The notes beneath the pieces are model-generated. The model saw only the letters and a program-made list of their open reading frames with translations, was not told where the DNA came from and ran no database searches. Positions 52,417 through 64,000 of a DNA stretch of 64,000 nucleotides are shown in pieces (within the stretch, counting starts at the first letter, position 1; every line of letters begins with the position of its first letter). Origin of the DNA: Selaginella moellendorffii. Lineage: Eukaryota; Plantae; Lycopodiophyta. The stretch spans positions 386,405 through 450,404 of the forward strand of contig NW_003314265.1 in assembly GCF_000143415.4 (NCBI RefSeq). Direction: 5' to 3'. Position numbers and translations under genes: made by a program.

Positions 52417-53128
52417 AGCTGTCTCGTGTTTCCAAGCTAAATGAATTTTTGCTTTTGACTTTGCGCCTCAAATGTAGCCCTTCCGCGTGAAATGCGGTTC
52501 TGTCAGATTTACCTGCTGAAATATGTATGTAGGGGTGCCCATCGAAAAGCATGAAATGGACTGGGGTTAGAATGGTGCCTTATCAAAAACTTTCTGGCCA
52601 TTTCACACGATCAGCCAGGAGATTTTCCCTCTTTGGCAATTTTGACGGCATTCTTGAGAATCATGGGATAATCCTGGGATGTGAAGACAGACGGTGTAAT
52701 TCTGTGTGGGAACTTGCTAGATATGGCGTGCAATTCGTAAAAGGGTGAGTGTTACTGCGATAGATTTCACTCACAATATTAGTGTCCATGTGGCAGTTTT
52801 CTATTGGTTCGGCATTAAATGTCATTTGGATGCCTCATGGATGCCCCATGGATGCTGGCCGATGGGTCAATGATGTCCCCATAATATGAACAATGTGTTA
52901 CACATAGATGCCACATATCATCAAGTTTGACCCCATGACATGGGGATTCATCAGGTCATAGGGTTTAGGAGACGCTTCCTTGCCTTAGCGCCTTGCTTTA
53001 GTGCTTTGTTATTCGGCATGTTTCTTGGTAGCAGATGTGGAAGGTAACTTGGTTTGTTAGTGAGTGGTTTGAAATGTTTTTGTGGGCAGTGTTGGAAGTG
53101 ACTTTGATTTACTACTCAATTGTTCTCT

Positions 53129-54885
53129 ATGGACTTTCAAGTTCCTACCATGAGTATAATTCTCTCCCTAGTTTACTTCAAATTTGTGTCACTGAAACTT
53201 TTTCTTCCAGGTTTACTGGAAGATGTGGAGGAAGATGAGGTGGATGGCCTTCTATCCAATTTTAGTGATTCGGACTATGGTTCCAGTATGGATAGTGACA
53301 ACGATGCTCTCCCAGAGGTTTGCTTAGTTTCCAGCCTTCTAGATTCATGATTTGCACATTTCTAGGCCTTCTATAATTTTTTGCAATCGAGGGGATTCGG
53401 TAGTCCAGCTGCATTTGGCACTTGGATGCACCTGAAGATCCTCGAGACTAAGACTACTGCTTACCTCGCATGCTATCTTAGAATTTCCAAGCCAACACTG
53501 TACAAATACATGCGGCTTGTCAATCCAAATTGGAGAGGTGTATATTATAGAGTACCACCCGAAGAGGTACTTCATCACGTTCGAACTAACAATGCCATGA
53601 ATCGAGGTGGCACAAACTGGGGGATTATCAATTCCCGATCTAGCTGTAGAACTGGAGGATACCGATTTAGCCGACGCCAAATTCGTGAGGCCTTAGCCAC
53701 TCACGATCCAAGTAGGCTGGAACAGAGGCACATGACAAGGATTCGACGACGGATTTACAGGAATGAGGAGGCTTATGCACTTTGCCATATGGATTGTGAG
53801 TATTCTTTCATTTCTACTTTTTTTTCAGCACATGTGGTAACATGTTTATTGTAGCATATTGCAAGCTCATAAGCTATGGTTTCTATGTACATGCCATTAT
53901 TTGCGGGGCAACTCATTATATTGTAGCTTGCGAGCTAGCTACCTCCAAAGAATCCCATACAATATTTAACACATATGCGCAGACTGTTCGTCGATTTGGA
54001 AGGCCCAAGCGCATCCAGAGCGACAATGCTCCAGAGCACAATGAGGTTGAGAGGGACATGATCCGCTGTTGGGGTCCTGCAGCTAGGAGCTTCATACGTG
54101 GGACATCAACACGTAACCAGGTACTCACAGCGTTAGAGTTTTTCCAAATAAGGACTCATAGGACTAAATCAAATTTGTTTTACAGCGCATAGAGCATTTG
54201 TGGAGAGAGCTCTTTGAGCGCGTGGTGTGGTTTTATAAACACCTTTTTGAGTCCATGGAAGATATAGGAATTCTCGATGTATCTAATCCATGGCACAACC
54301 AAAGTCTACGTTGTGTCTTTGCTCCGTACCTCAAGAAGGATATTTCACACTGGGTTGCAACCTGGAACCTCCATGAGGTCCGTTCGTATCGATGTGGTGA
54401 TTACTTCAGACCATCTCATGTTCCTGCAAACTTATTTCAACCGATGGAACAAGAGCTTGGGTAACAATTTTGGTAATGTTACAGAATTCCTAATAAAATG
54501 TGCTTTTGTAGGATTATGCCGGCTGTTGGTGGAAAAGATATTGAAGACCTTCCCGGACCATTTCTCTCTAATGTCAAAGGTGCAACTTTGTCAGAGGTAA
54601 TCTTTAGAGCAAGAATACAACAATTTCTTTAAATCTATTTTGTTGTGCTTGGCTACCTTATAGGCTCTTGGCACTGTTCGAAACCAGGCATTTTTGATGC
54701 ATCGGGAGGGACTCAACTTAGACGAGCAATATCTACTTCATTTAGATCTAACAATGGAGTGTGCAATGGCTGATGTTGCGGGTGTAGATCTTCCACTTTA
54801 CATCGAGAGTGCCTTGCCTACAGCAACACTAGTGAAGCGACGAGCTTTGGAAAAATTATACTTGGCCATACTCGGAGAAAATTGA
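53129..54885 (+). CDS. Integrase-core (IS3-like) DDE transposase, 7 exons, frame open after splicing
   Basis: RIRRRIY..CHMD|SYCKLISYGFYVHAII; FGRPKRIQSDNAPE; FIRGTSTRNQ|RIEHLWR; WVATWNLHEVR; start exon inferred. Confidence 0.85.
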
Positions 54886-55208
54886 GTGTTCTTTAGTGTA
54901 CATTTCAAATTTAAATTCAATTTTTGATTTGTTCAATTTTAGGGTTCCCACGCTTGGGATTAGGGTTTTCACCAAGTCCCACCCATATTAATTGTGCCTT
55001 GGATACGGGGCAATTTCATTTTATGACATGATTTTGTCGATGGTTCGTTCGGTCTTCCAATCGATTCGTGTCATCTAACCGGAGGCAAGGCTTCTAGTGC
55101 ACACTCCCCCGATCGCAAGACCACCGCCCAAGCGAGAGCGCCATAGCTGCGATGGTGGGTAGCTTCTCCTCGATCAGGTTTGCATAACCAATCCTTTGTG
55201 GTTTCTAG

Positions 55209-58200
55209 GCTCGAAGCAAGAATTCCGCACGCCTCAACAGCAGTAGACACTATGGAAACACCTCGCGAGCACGCAGCCAAGCACTCGATGTTCCGCAATC
55301 GGTACAGCCAACAGTCCCGCGAGACACATGCCAGCCACTTGATCTTCCAAGCTCCGTAGCAGGGACATCAACTCCAACAGCATCCCATCCACAGCTCCCG
55401 ACTGCATTTGAGCAAGCAGAGCGCCGCCTAACATTGCATACATTGCAACATATGCGGAACCTCCAGCATGTTTCATTCTCCTCACCTTCCTTGGAAAGTA
55501 GCAGCCCGAGCATTCGAAATGAGCAAGTCCGGACACCTCATGCCCACGGTGTTGTCCAATCTGGAACGCTGCCACCAACACCAACACCAACTAGAGGACG
55601 TGCTCACGGAATCCTATATAGTGCCACTGCTACCAGCCCCGCAACTCCACCAACCGCTACTACTCTCGCAACTCCATCTACCGATACAAGTGCCAGTACC
55701 TGGCCATCTACCTCCCGAAGCAACAAGCGGTCTAGCTCGGTAAGTTTTTCATTTGTACCCGTTTTTTTTCCATGTGTTTTTCTGTGTAGGGTGAGTTGAC
55801 AATGCCTCCACACCAACGAGCTTATAGTTCCCCATCAACATTCCACAACTACTCCCAAGGATCGACATCATCATCTAGTGGAGCTTCGACATCCAGATAT
55901 GTTCAAGCTGACCCTCAAGGCGGGCTGCCATGTGAGCCACAGGTATAACATGACCCCATGCATTCTTCTTTTTTTTCTTCTTTGGATTTGTTTAACTCAT
56001 TTTTGTTTCACTGTGCTAGACTCTCTCACCGCTTGTGGCTGCAGTGCACACCTATGCCGATAACAATCGGCAGTCCTTATGTTGTCGTCGTGGACGTCGT
56101 GGCAGTCGATCTAAAGTCATTGGTGGGATGTCGTCTACGACACCCTTGGTCCCCCGGCCGTTCACCACAGTTCTTGTCACCAAGTGGATTGCAATCCCAA
56201 AGACTTAGCATATGCACTTATATGGGCGGAAAAGAGAGCCATCTGTGAAGGTGACGGAACTTGACGAGCTGGCAGTGGACCTCCCAGAGTGTCTCATATG
56301 GGGTGGCTTATACTCCAGTATTCCTTTCCAGCCCGGCACAGCCCAACATGCAATTCTACTATCACTCCAAGCCTCGGGAATCCAACCTTCATCCATGACC
56401 AACCCAGGAGCATTTGTCTGGCGTGCAAGGCAGTCCAATGGTGGTGAGGCCCATGCCGAGTCTGCAAAATTTGGCCTCAGCTCTATCCGGCCTTGCTACT
56501 GGCCTCCTCAAACATCATGGGGAGCTATAGCAAACAAGGCCAATGGCAATCGGGCAATAGTTATATATTTATACAATGTTATGGAGCATCTTACTGACAA
56601 ACATTGGCTAAGTTATCAAAAACAGGCCCGAGCACTCGAGGAGAAGGATGTTCGTGAATGTAAGTCATTTTTTTTTTAAGTTCCCTCCTCACAAATATAT
56701 GTTGTGGTCTTTGCAGTTGTAGCTGCTACAAATACCTTGACTGCAAATGATGATCCAAGGCCAGCCACGCAGGAATCAAACCCTTGCGAGAATAATGAAG
56801 AAGAAGACTCTGCGGATGAAGAGGACATTCTTCCATTACCGGTAGAAACTCTCCCCACACAAGACAACATGGACATTAGCGGAGTCGAAGAACAAGGTGA
56901 TGGTGGGGATGAACCGCACCAAGGATCTCCGGAGACATCCTTGTCACCAGAGATAGTGGCTCCAGGCCATGCGGCTGGTAAGAAGCATTAACATAAATGA
57001 ATATTTTCTTCATTTTCTAATTTCTGAGTGCAGATAGGCTAATGGTAGTGTATGACAGTGATGGCGGAGGCCTTGAAGACCATGGTGTGCCTCCACCCCC
57101 CTTTTTAGAGGGAAGTAGCTCCACTCCGTTTACGCTTATGGAGTTGCTTGACAACTTTTCTACAGTAGAGTAAGATAATTGAAAATTGTGCTATTCAAAA
57201 TTGAACTAATGTTTGTATGTAGATTGTTGGAGCGTCAACAAAGATGGATTGATGCCACCAATGCATTTAATGAAGCTGTTCAGTTAACCACTCAGGATAG
57301 TGCCAACTTCATCATGCTGCAGATTGAGGAGGTTTCTGCCTTATAGGATGCCACCACAACCCTTGAGGTGAGGGCACAGAGGGATGCTGAAGTTCTCTCA
57401 CAGGTGCAGTGGCTGAAACACAAGCTTCTTGGTTGCTTTGCCGTGGAGAGCACAAGTGACGAGGAGATGCTAGACGCTATTGCTAGACACCCTGAATTCC
57501 ATTGGGCTGGCGGTGAAATATTTCTGCGGCGCGTGCTTTTCAACCAAGCTATGCCTCATTGGCAAGATTGGGAGAGTCTTCTCCTTAAGCTTGGCCTTTC
57601 AGAAGCACAGTACGAGGATGTGTTTTGTGACAACACAATCCAACAGCTCCTTGCTGAAGTAAGTATTAATGTGCCTCCTTCAATTCTTGAGTCCACAATA
57701 GCATGGTTCATTGAGAAGAGGTACGTGTATCTATTTCTTAGCACTTAGTACCATCTTATGGTTTTGTGCAGGGACCTACGTAGGAATTGGGCGGCTGCAC
57801 AACAATTGAGAGAACTATTTAACACTGCTGAAACACTGTATTGTAAGTTCTCTCGTTTTTGCATCGAGAAGGCCATGCTTCTGCCATACAGACTTGCTCG
57901 TACACGTTTGAGGCCGTCTCGCATTCTGGTAAGCAATGGATTGCCTATGAATTGGAGTTACCTCACTTGTCCTTCTAGATTGCACCAAACAATGAATTCA
58001 GTTGTTTCCAATTCGCCTTCAATACTAATCTCCGCACACCAAATTACAAAGTGGTCTATGCGTCTGAGATTGGAGGAGCTTTGGTGTGGGAGGAATCCAC
58101 AATAGATGCGGGTGGGCCACATGCAAAAGCCATTAGGGAGGCTGTTCGCCAGATTCCAGGATCAGTAAGTCTAATTTTCACTTGGCTCACTAGAGTAATT

Positions 58201-59284
58201 TTGTGTTACAGACGCGTGGACTGTTTGTGCTTAGGGAAGGAGCCACATATTGGCATCCCAGGATGCCAGTGCATTCTAGGACGTTGCGACAAGAAGAGCG
58301 GGATGTGGTAAGTTAAGTTTAAAGCACAAGTTTTATATGCTCCTCACTTTTATATGCACAGGCTATCTTTGTGGGATGGTTGCTATTCCAAGCATTCGAA
58401 TGTAATGCACAGGTTTCTCGCGGGTGTACAATTGCAACATTGGCAATTGCAGCTGGAGAGGTTCCAAACGAGGATGACCGACGACTTGCCCGAGGAGGAC
58501 TATATGAGATGGACCTCAAGGCATGCGCGCCGCATATCTGGAATGCACTCAACCAATTGCGAGGTGCATCAAGCCTAAAGGAGGAGGGCGATCGGCGCAA
58601 GTCTGTGGATTCCATCCTAGAGAACCCTGCAATTACTGACTACAATGCAGTGCTTGAGTCTAGACTCACCGAACTTGGTGAAGGTTATGAGCAAGCTGTG
58701 GAGGCATGCGTGGCTGCAGTGGTTTGGCGTTACCTATTCATCGAGCCAAACGTAGTGGGAGACTTACTCCGAGATGGCTTCCAACACTCAATGCGCACGG
58801 AAGCTCGTCAAAGGCCTTACAAGAGTCCAGCATTGCTAGGTGGGCTTTCACTCATTGGGACAGATGCTTTGTTACAGGTCTTCCGGGTAAGGACGATCAT
58901 TCCTCCTGCGGAGTTCATCAACTGCCTGATCTTTGATCAGGACTTTGGAGAGAACTTCCGCAGCTGGATTGTGGACATCATTCGAGGTAACTATTTACTT
59001 TCACAAACAACTAAAACTCTTGTATGTTTGAACATTTTATAGATATGAGCCCGAAAGAGTTATCCAAGTTCCATCACTTTGCGGTTGATTCTCTAGAGTT
59101 CCGACCGGGAGAGCCTATTTGGATCCAAGTTGAGAGACAGAGTACATCATCTACTCGATTTCCCAGGTTCTCCACATGCACACGAGAAGTTTTCTTCCCT
59201 TTAACATACCCGTCAAAGGAGTGGACCAAACACAAGATCCACCGGGCACTCCAAAATCCAGAGAGCTTGTATGGATTGGGCTGA
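55209..59284 (+). CDS. HECT-domain E3 ubiquitin ligase-like cargo gene, multi-exon, probable single premature stop; true start upstream and unresolved
   Basis: N-lobe IDAGGP; C-lobe ELSKFHHF..RFPRFSTCTREVFFPLTYPSKEWTKHKIHRALQNPESLYGLG*; in-frame TAG at 57344-57346. Confidence 0.75.
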
Positions 59285-59424
59285 TGTTGTGGAAGTAATG
59301 TAGACACTTTCACAATAAAAATAGATAATTGTCTTGAAATATGTTTCACACTTTGAAAGAGACTCTTTCCAGTTCATTGGCAAAGTTAAAGGTAAGAATA
59401 TTCAAAATATTCCACAAATGCCCA

Positions 59425-60012
59425 TTATAGGCACTTGCGGCCCTTGGTACCCTTTTGGCTTATGCTTGTCTCACCAAGGGTAATCACTATAGCTTCCAAA
59501 GCAACTCCCAATTTAGGTTCTGGGTCAAAACTATCGAGCTTGGGTGCTACATGATGCCCATCCTCGCTTGAGGAACTCTCAACCTGTTTGGTAGAACCAA
59601 AATCACCCTCTGGGTCTGTGAACTCGTCCTCGCTTGCATCTCGAGCAGTAACATATCCCTCGCTGTCGCTTTCTTCAGCTGGACCTTTCCCCTCGGTGAT
59701 TGGCACAAGATTAGTAGTCTTGGGCTGCCTTGTCAAAGGGATTGTCGAGCCTTGAGAGGAGGAGGCATCATATAGAATCCTCGGTCCTGTCCCCTGTTGG
59801 ATCCATTGTTGTGCCTCAAAGAAGTCATAAAATCCTCTCCAGTTTGCCATGCCAGGAGGAAACCCAGAAACCTCAAACATTGCAAAAGGGTTACACCATA
59901 TAGGAAACTATTACAAATCTACTCTTACCAAAGTGAGCACGAGCTTCTAATCCCTGAAAACTCCAGTCCTTCGGCCGCAGTGCACGGCATACATTGGATA
60001 GTTTTGCCCCAT
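59425..60012 (-). pseudogene. RNase H1 N-terminal hybrid-binding domain (Cauli_VI-like) protein with acidic tail, one stop
   Basis: MYAVHCGRRTGVFRD*KLVLTL|VSGFPPGMANWRGFYDFFEAQQWI; TAG at 59947-59949 replaces the conserved Trp. Confidence 0.72.
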
Positions 60013-60057
60013 GCTTGGAAACCCTTTTTACAAATTTCAAAATTTGAAACGGTTATG

Positions 60058-60310
60058 ATTGGAAAATATTGGAAGTGTCCATTGTCATTGCTCTTCTCAC
60101 CTAAATGTTACTACATGCAATTGCAACTTCCATATTCTCAAATCTCCTTCAGCATGCTCCTCTTGAGAGAACTCCAGGTCCAATTTGAAACAATTATAAT
60201 TGGAAAATGTTGAAAGTGTCTATTGTTATCCTGAATGTTACTACATGCAATTACAACTTCCACATTCTCAAATTTCCTTTAGCATGCTCCTCTTGAGAGA
60301 ACTCTAGGTC
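60058..60310. repeat. ~140-bp imperfect tandem duplication inside the transposon
   Basis: ATTGGAAAAT..AATGTTACTACATGCAATT..CTCTTGAGAGAACTC occurs twice. Confidence 0.8.
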
Positions 60311-61916
60311 TAAACATCAACACTATGCACCTTTGCATAGTACACAATTGAAGTATGAGCCCCACCAATTCATCGAATTGGTTAGACTTCAACCTACTTT
60401 TGAGTCATATGCAAATCTTCTAAGCATCATGTTACAAAACTCAAGTGTTGAGAGAGCTACACTGGAAATCAATTGCAACGAAAGATAAACTCAATGGGAT
60501 CTATTAAAGACATGACTCCAGATAGTATATATCCATGGCTTTGCAATGGAGCTAGATGGAGTTCACTTACGTTTGTTATGAACACTATGTTAAAAGAGGT
60601 GTGCCCAGGTGTGACTCAATTTCCAACATTTTCCAGCTATGAGAGCCCAGGAGTTCTTCACGTCCATAGTGAATACACCTCAAGAATCACAATGCAAGAC
60701 AGAGGAAGCAAGAGGATTCAACGATTGCCTAGACGCTGTGGCGGGTAACAATGGGAGCATCAATGATTGCGAGCAGCACAGCGGCGGTCGGCAATGTGGG
60801 GAGGACACGGCGATGGCTGTTGATGACGATCAAGGCTGCCATACTCCCAAATTCTAGATGGAGTTCACTTACGCTTGCTATGACACTATGTTAAAAAAGG
60901 CATGCAATTTGTAAATGCATTGCAACGAAAGATAAACTCTTGCCATGAGCGCCAAGAGCAAGACGTGAGAACATAGTGCTCTAGATAAGGTAGTATGGTA
61001 TGCAATTTAGTCGATTGTCCATTTGGTTTGCAACATTAACAACTTGCTCAAATGCATGGGATGAATGGGTCTATGGGCCATGAATGGCTCCATTCCATAC
61101 ATAGCATGGGTCATTGCTATGGGCATGATGCCCCATCCGGGGCATAAGGATTGGATATTCGTAAAATATTCTATGCCTGTGTTTTTTTCACACTCATAAT
61201 ACACGTGGACCAATAGCAAGCATACACGTGGTGTGAGTAAAATCCACCGTTGTAAAATCCACCCTTTTACGAATTGCACGCCATACTAGATGGAAGTTCA
61301 CTACAATCTTCCCAGAATTTAATTTCTCGTGTATATTTTGTTTAAATTGTAAACATTAAGTTAAAGATTTCAGTTTATCCTCAGAAATAAATAAGCAAAC
61401 TCTAATATTTATTTTATTTGTATTCCTATTTTTCATTAAAAATATAAATACTGAAGAAAATATTAAATTAGTGTTTTAAAATAAAATTATAAGCATAAAT
61501 AGAAATATCCATTAACCCAAAAAAGCCTTAGTTTTTAGCTTTTGCAGTCTAGATTGAAATCAATTTGACGGCTATCAAAATTTGATTATGTTAATTTTAA
61601 TGTATGGCTGTTAATATTAATATACAACATTGTAGCTTTATACTTAGACCTTATAACTTTTAATAAAATAATTGCACAAAATGAAAAAGTTTATAATTTA
61701 TAAAGACAAGATTAATATCAAGATTAAATATCAAAATATAAAAAAGAGACCGTGGGAAATATTCTTAGAATATTCTATGGTTATCATGATTTTCTTAGCT
61801 TTAAATAGAGCCAGAGAATCCTTGTGCTTTCTTCCCTGATATGGAGTTCAGAGAACAAGAGTAAAGAAAGACGAGTCACACTACAAATTTTGGAGGATGG
61901 ATCGTGATATCTTACA

Positions 61917-62738
61917 TTATAGATTCTGGTAAATTTTGCAGACAGAAGGTAATCCATAATCAATCTTGAAGCAGTCACTAGGTATGATTTTTTTATCCTT
62001 CATTTTCTGGATCCACAAGCAGATGGACTTCTCGGTGTTCCTGAAGCCGTAGTCTTTGCTCTTGTTGATGATAAATTGCGGCAACTTCATCACCAGATCA
62101 TAAAGCCACCACGTTTCAGGTTGAAGGTCAGACTCTAGGAGTCCACATTTGGTTGTAATATCCTTCCCGATTGTCTCCTTACCATGCATCATTCACTAAG
62201 CTCTTACCACCACCGTCGTACTCCTGTGGAGCTTCCGCATGAAGATTAAGTTCCCTGGCCAGTAGGTTCCACAGCCTCTTCCAGCTGATGAGATCCCCGT
62301 TATCGATGTTAAAGGCTTGATTATGAGCATTTGGATTCATGCAACTCTTGCTCGGCTATCAAGCCCGCATCCAATAAATTCGTGAAGCTGTTCCATTTGT
62401 TCAAGTCGCCAGGGAAGACGAAGTTGAGACCTTCTTTCTTGCAGATTGCAGCACACACTGCTAAACGTCCCAACATGTTAGCGTAGTCTCTAGGTGCAAA
62501 TCCGATGATGATATTCGCACGATGAACAGACCAAGTCAGATTGGCAGCTTTGCATGCCTCCCAAAGGATATCCTCTTGCGTGTAAAAATTTGATATTCCA
62601 TGTATCCTCGGCATATCTTCTGTAAACGGTGGCTCGTTGACTTGTAAGCCAATCATATTAGAGGAAGGTCCTAAATAGTGCTTGGTTCCAGTCTGCAAGC
62701 AGACATGCTTGATCTTTTTTGCGACTGGGATGATCGTT
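61917..62738 (-). pseudogene. PRISE / VEP1 (progesterone 5-beta-reductase / iridoid synthase-like) pseudogene, 5'-truncated and frameshifted
   Basis: KHVCLQTGTKHYLGP, PPFTEDMPR, NFYTQED, TWSVHR, DAGLIAEQ, AFNIDNGD, NKSKDYGF, KIIP spread across different frames; no N-terminal Rossmann GxxG. Confidence 0.85.
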
Positions 62739-63186
62739 TAGCGTCTGCATTCAGTCAGCGACAATTTGGATCCTTTAAGTTATACCTCCTTTTGGAGTGG
62801 TAAAATTGTCCGGCTGGAAACTTCATCTTGTCTGGAACTTACTATCAGCGAGAGACAGCCATTATCCGTCTCAGACCTCACACACCTTCCTCCACACAAA
62901 CACTTAAGAAAGAAAATATTTCCTTGCACTGCTGCTTCTTGTTGTTTTGCTCAACCTTTATGTGTTCATAGAAAGAACCTTTGGTCATTTATATCTACTC
63001 TTGTTGCAAAATCTATTTTATATATTTGATCACAAAAATATCTAACTTTCCTAGTTCCTACAAACATTGTAAACCTCAAACTACCGATTTAATTATTAGA
63101 ACATTAGAGTGCCTCCCACGAACCTTTTCCATCTTCAACACCGATGATCCCTCGAGGTTGGGAGTTGTTGCCACGGAATCTTAATC

Positions 63187-63210
63187 CGCCGTTGCCGGGG
63201 ATCGAACCCG
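63187..63210 (-). other. 3' fragment (T-arm and acceptor strand) of tRNA-Asp
   Basis: CGGGTTCGATCCCCGGCAACGGCG equals the plant cytosolic tRNA-Asp 3' end as recalled; 5' half absent. Confidence 0.6.
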
Positions 63211-63270
63211 CGGACATGCAACCACGTAATATATGGTTTGTTTACAGGAAGAATAAAAAACTTACTGACG

Positions 63271-64000
63271 TCAAGACTTTGGTGGACACTGGTAACACCT
63301 CGCAAAAAGCCCAAAAGTTCGCACTTGTCTTGTCAGGTTGGAAATCGTTGCCCATCCTCCAATCCCAACACCCACCACCACCACCCACAAAATCACTCCC
63401 AGATTGATGCAATACATTCCAGCCCAGCTGCGTATCCAGAATGGAGGTTGCTCAAATGAACTCTATTAAGAAAACAAAAAGCCATTGTTAAGTTACCAAC
63501 ATGCAAAGGGAAACAAAAACCATTTACCTTGCGTGCCTTCTCACTTCTGAAGACGATCATATGCGTAAGGCATGGAAGGAAGTAAACAGCGAGCGTTGTA
63601 AAGAAGGAACCGTTGAAGGAGTCGATGGGACCAAAGAAAGGCAGCATAATCGCACAAAACCATATGAGGAGAAAAACCGGTATCCTGGCAGCCACTTTTA
63701 ACAGGTAGTAATTCGAGTGGTGAATCCCAAAAAGCTTCTCACACATAATGAAGAATGGCAACGCTACGAGACCAAATTCAAAGAACTGCAAGATAAAAGA
63801 GTTAGAGCAATGGCACACACAAAGAAAAAAGGATAAACACTCTTTGACAAACCTGGTGGATGATAATCAGTACTACCGCGGCATCGCGGAACTTCGTCCT
63901 GGGAAGAACAGCGAAGGCGTTAGCGTTGTGCAGCATCCTATCGCCAAAAGCCCAGTATACAGTTGATGCAGATGGTAGCGTCAAGGTGAGAGTATATAAG
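63271..64000 (-). CDS. AUX1/LAX-family auxin influx carrier, last three exons (5' part outside window)
   Basis: TLPSASTVYWAFGD..NANAF..FRDAAVVL..IHQ, PFFGPI, EQPPF, GIGGWA, TFGLFARCYQCP*. Confidence 0.9.

Larger units (their letters stand above)
52722..61285 (+). mobile_element. TIR DNA transposon, IS3EU-like, 8564 bp, with cargo genes
   Basis: Perfect 26-bp TIRs TATGGCGTGCAATTCGTAAAAGGGTG (52722-52747; reverse complement 61260-61285); TSD CTAGA at 52717-52721 and 61286-61290. Confidence 0.92.

Overview
Eukaryotic nuclear DNA from a non-seed land plant. The ~45-65 nt introns, short intergenic gaps and gene content suggest a lycophyte such as Selaginella; this is inference only. Three gene-dense blocks carry: FMP32/DUF1640, a GAUT galacturonosyltransferase and an RNF216-like RBR ligase; a CIP7-like gene and RPS3; a CCCH zinc finger, two thaumatin-like genes, CDKC and a second RPS3. 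A PRISE pseudogene and an AUX1/LAX 3' end close the window. Between them lie transposon zones: (i) a young non-autonomous LTR element (9511-17202, TSD ATGAA) nested in an old Ty3/gypsy pol; (ii) a decayed ~9 kb unit with a ParB/Srx + beta-class amino-DNA-methyltransferase-like pseudogene, a palindrome array, a 25S rRNA fragment and a SWIM-finger pseudogene; (iii) a triple-nested LTR cluster (38273-43950); (iv) an 8.56 kb DNA transposon (52722-61285) with 26-bp perfect TIRs and a CTAGA TSD, encoding an apparently intact IS3EU-like DDE transposase plus cargo genes for a HECT E3 ligase and an RNase H1 hybrid-binding-domain protein. Items (iv) and (ii) are the best candidates for undescribed systems. 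All family calls come from motif recognition by eye; no database searches were run.
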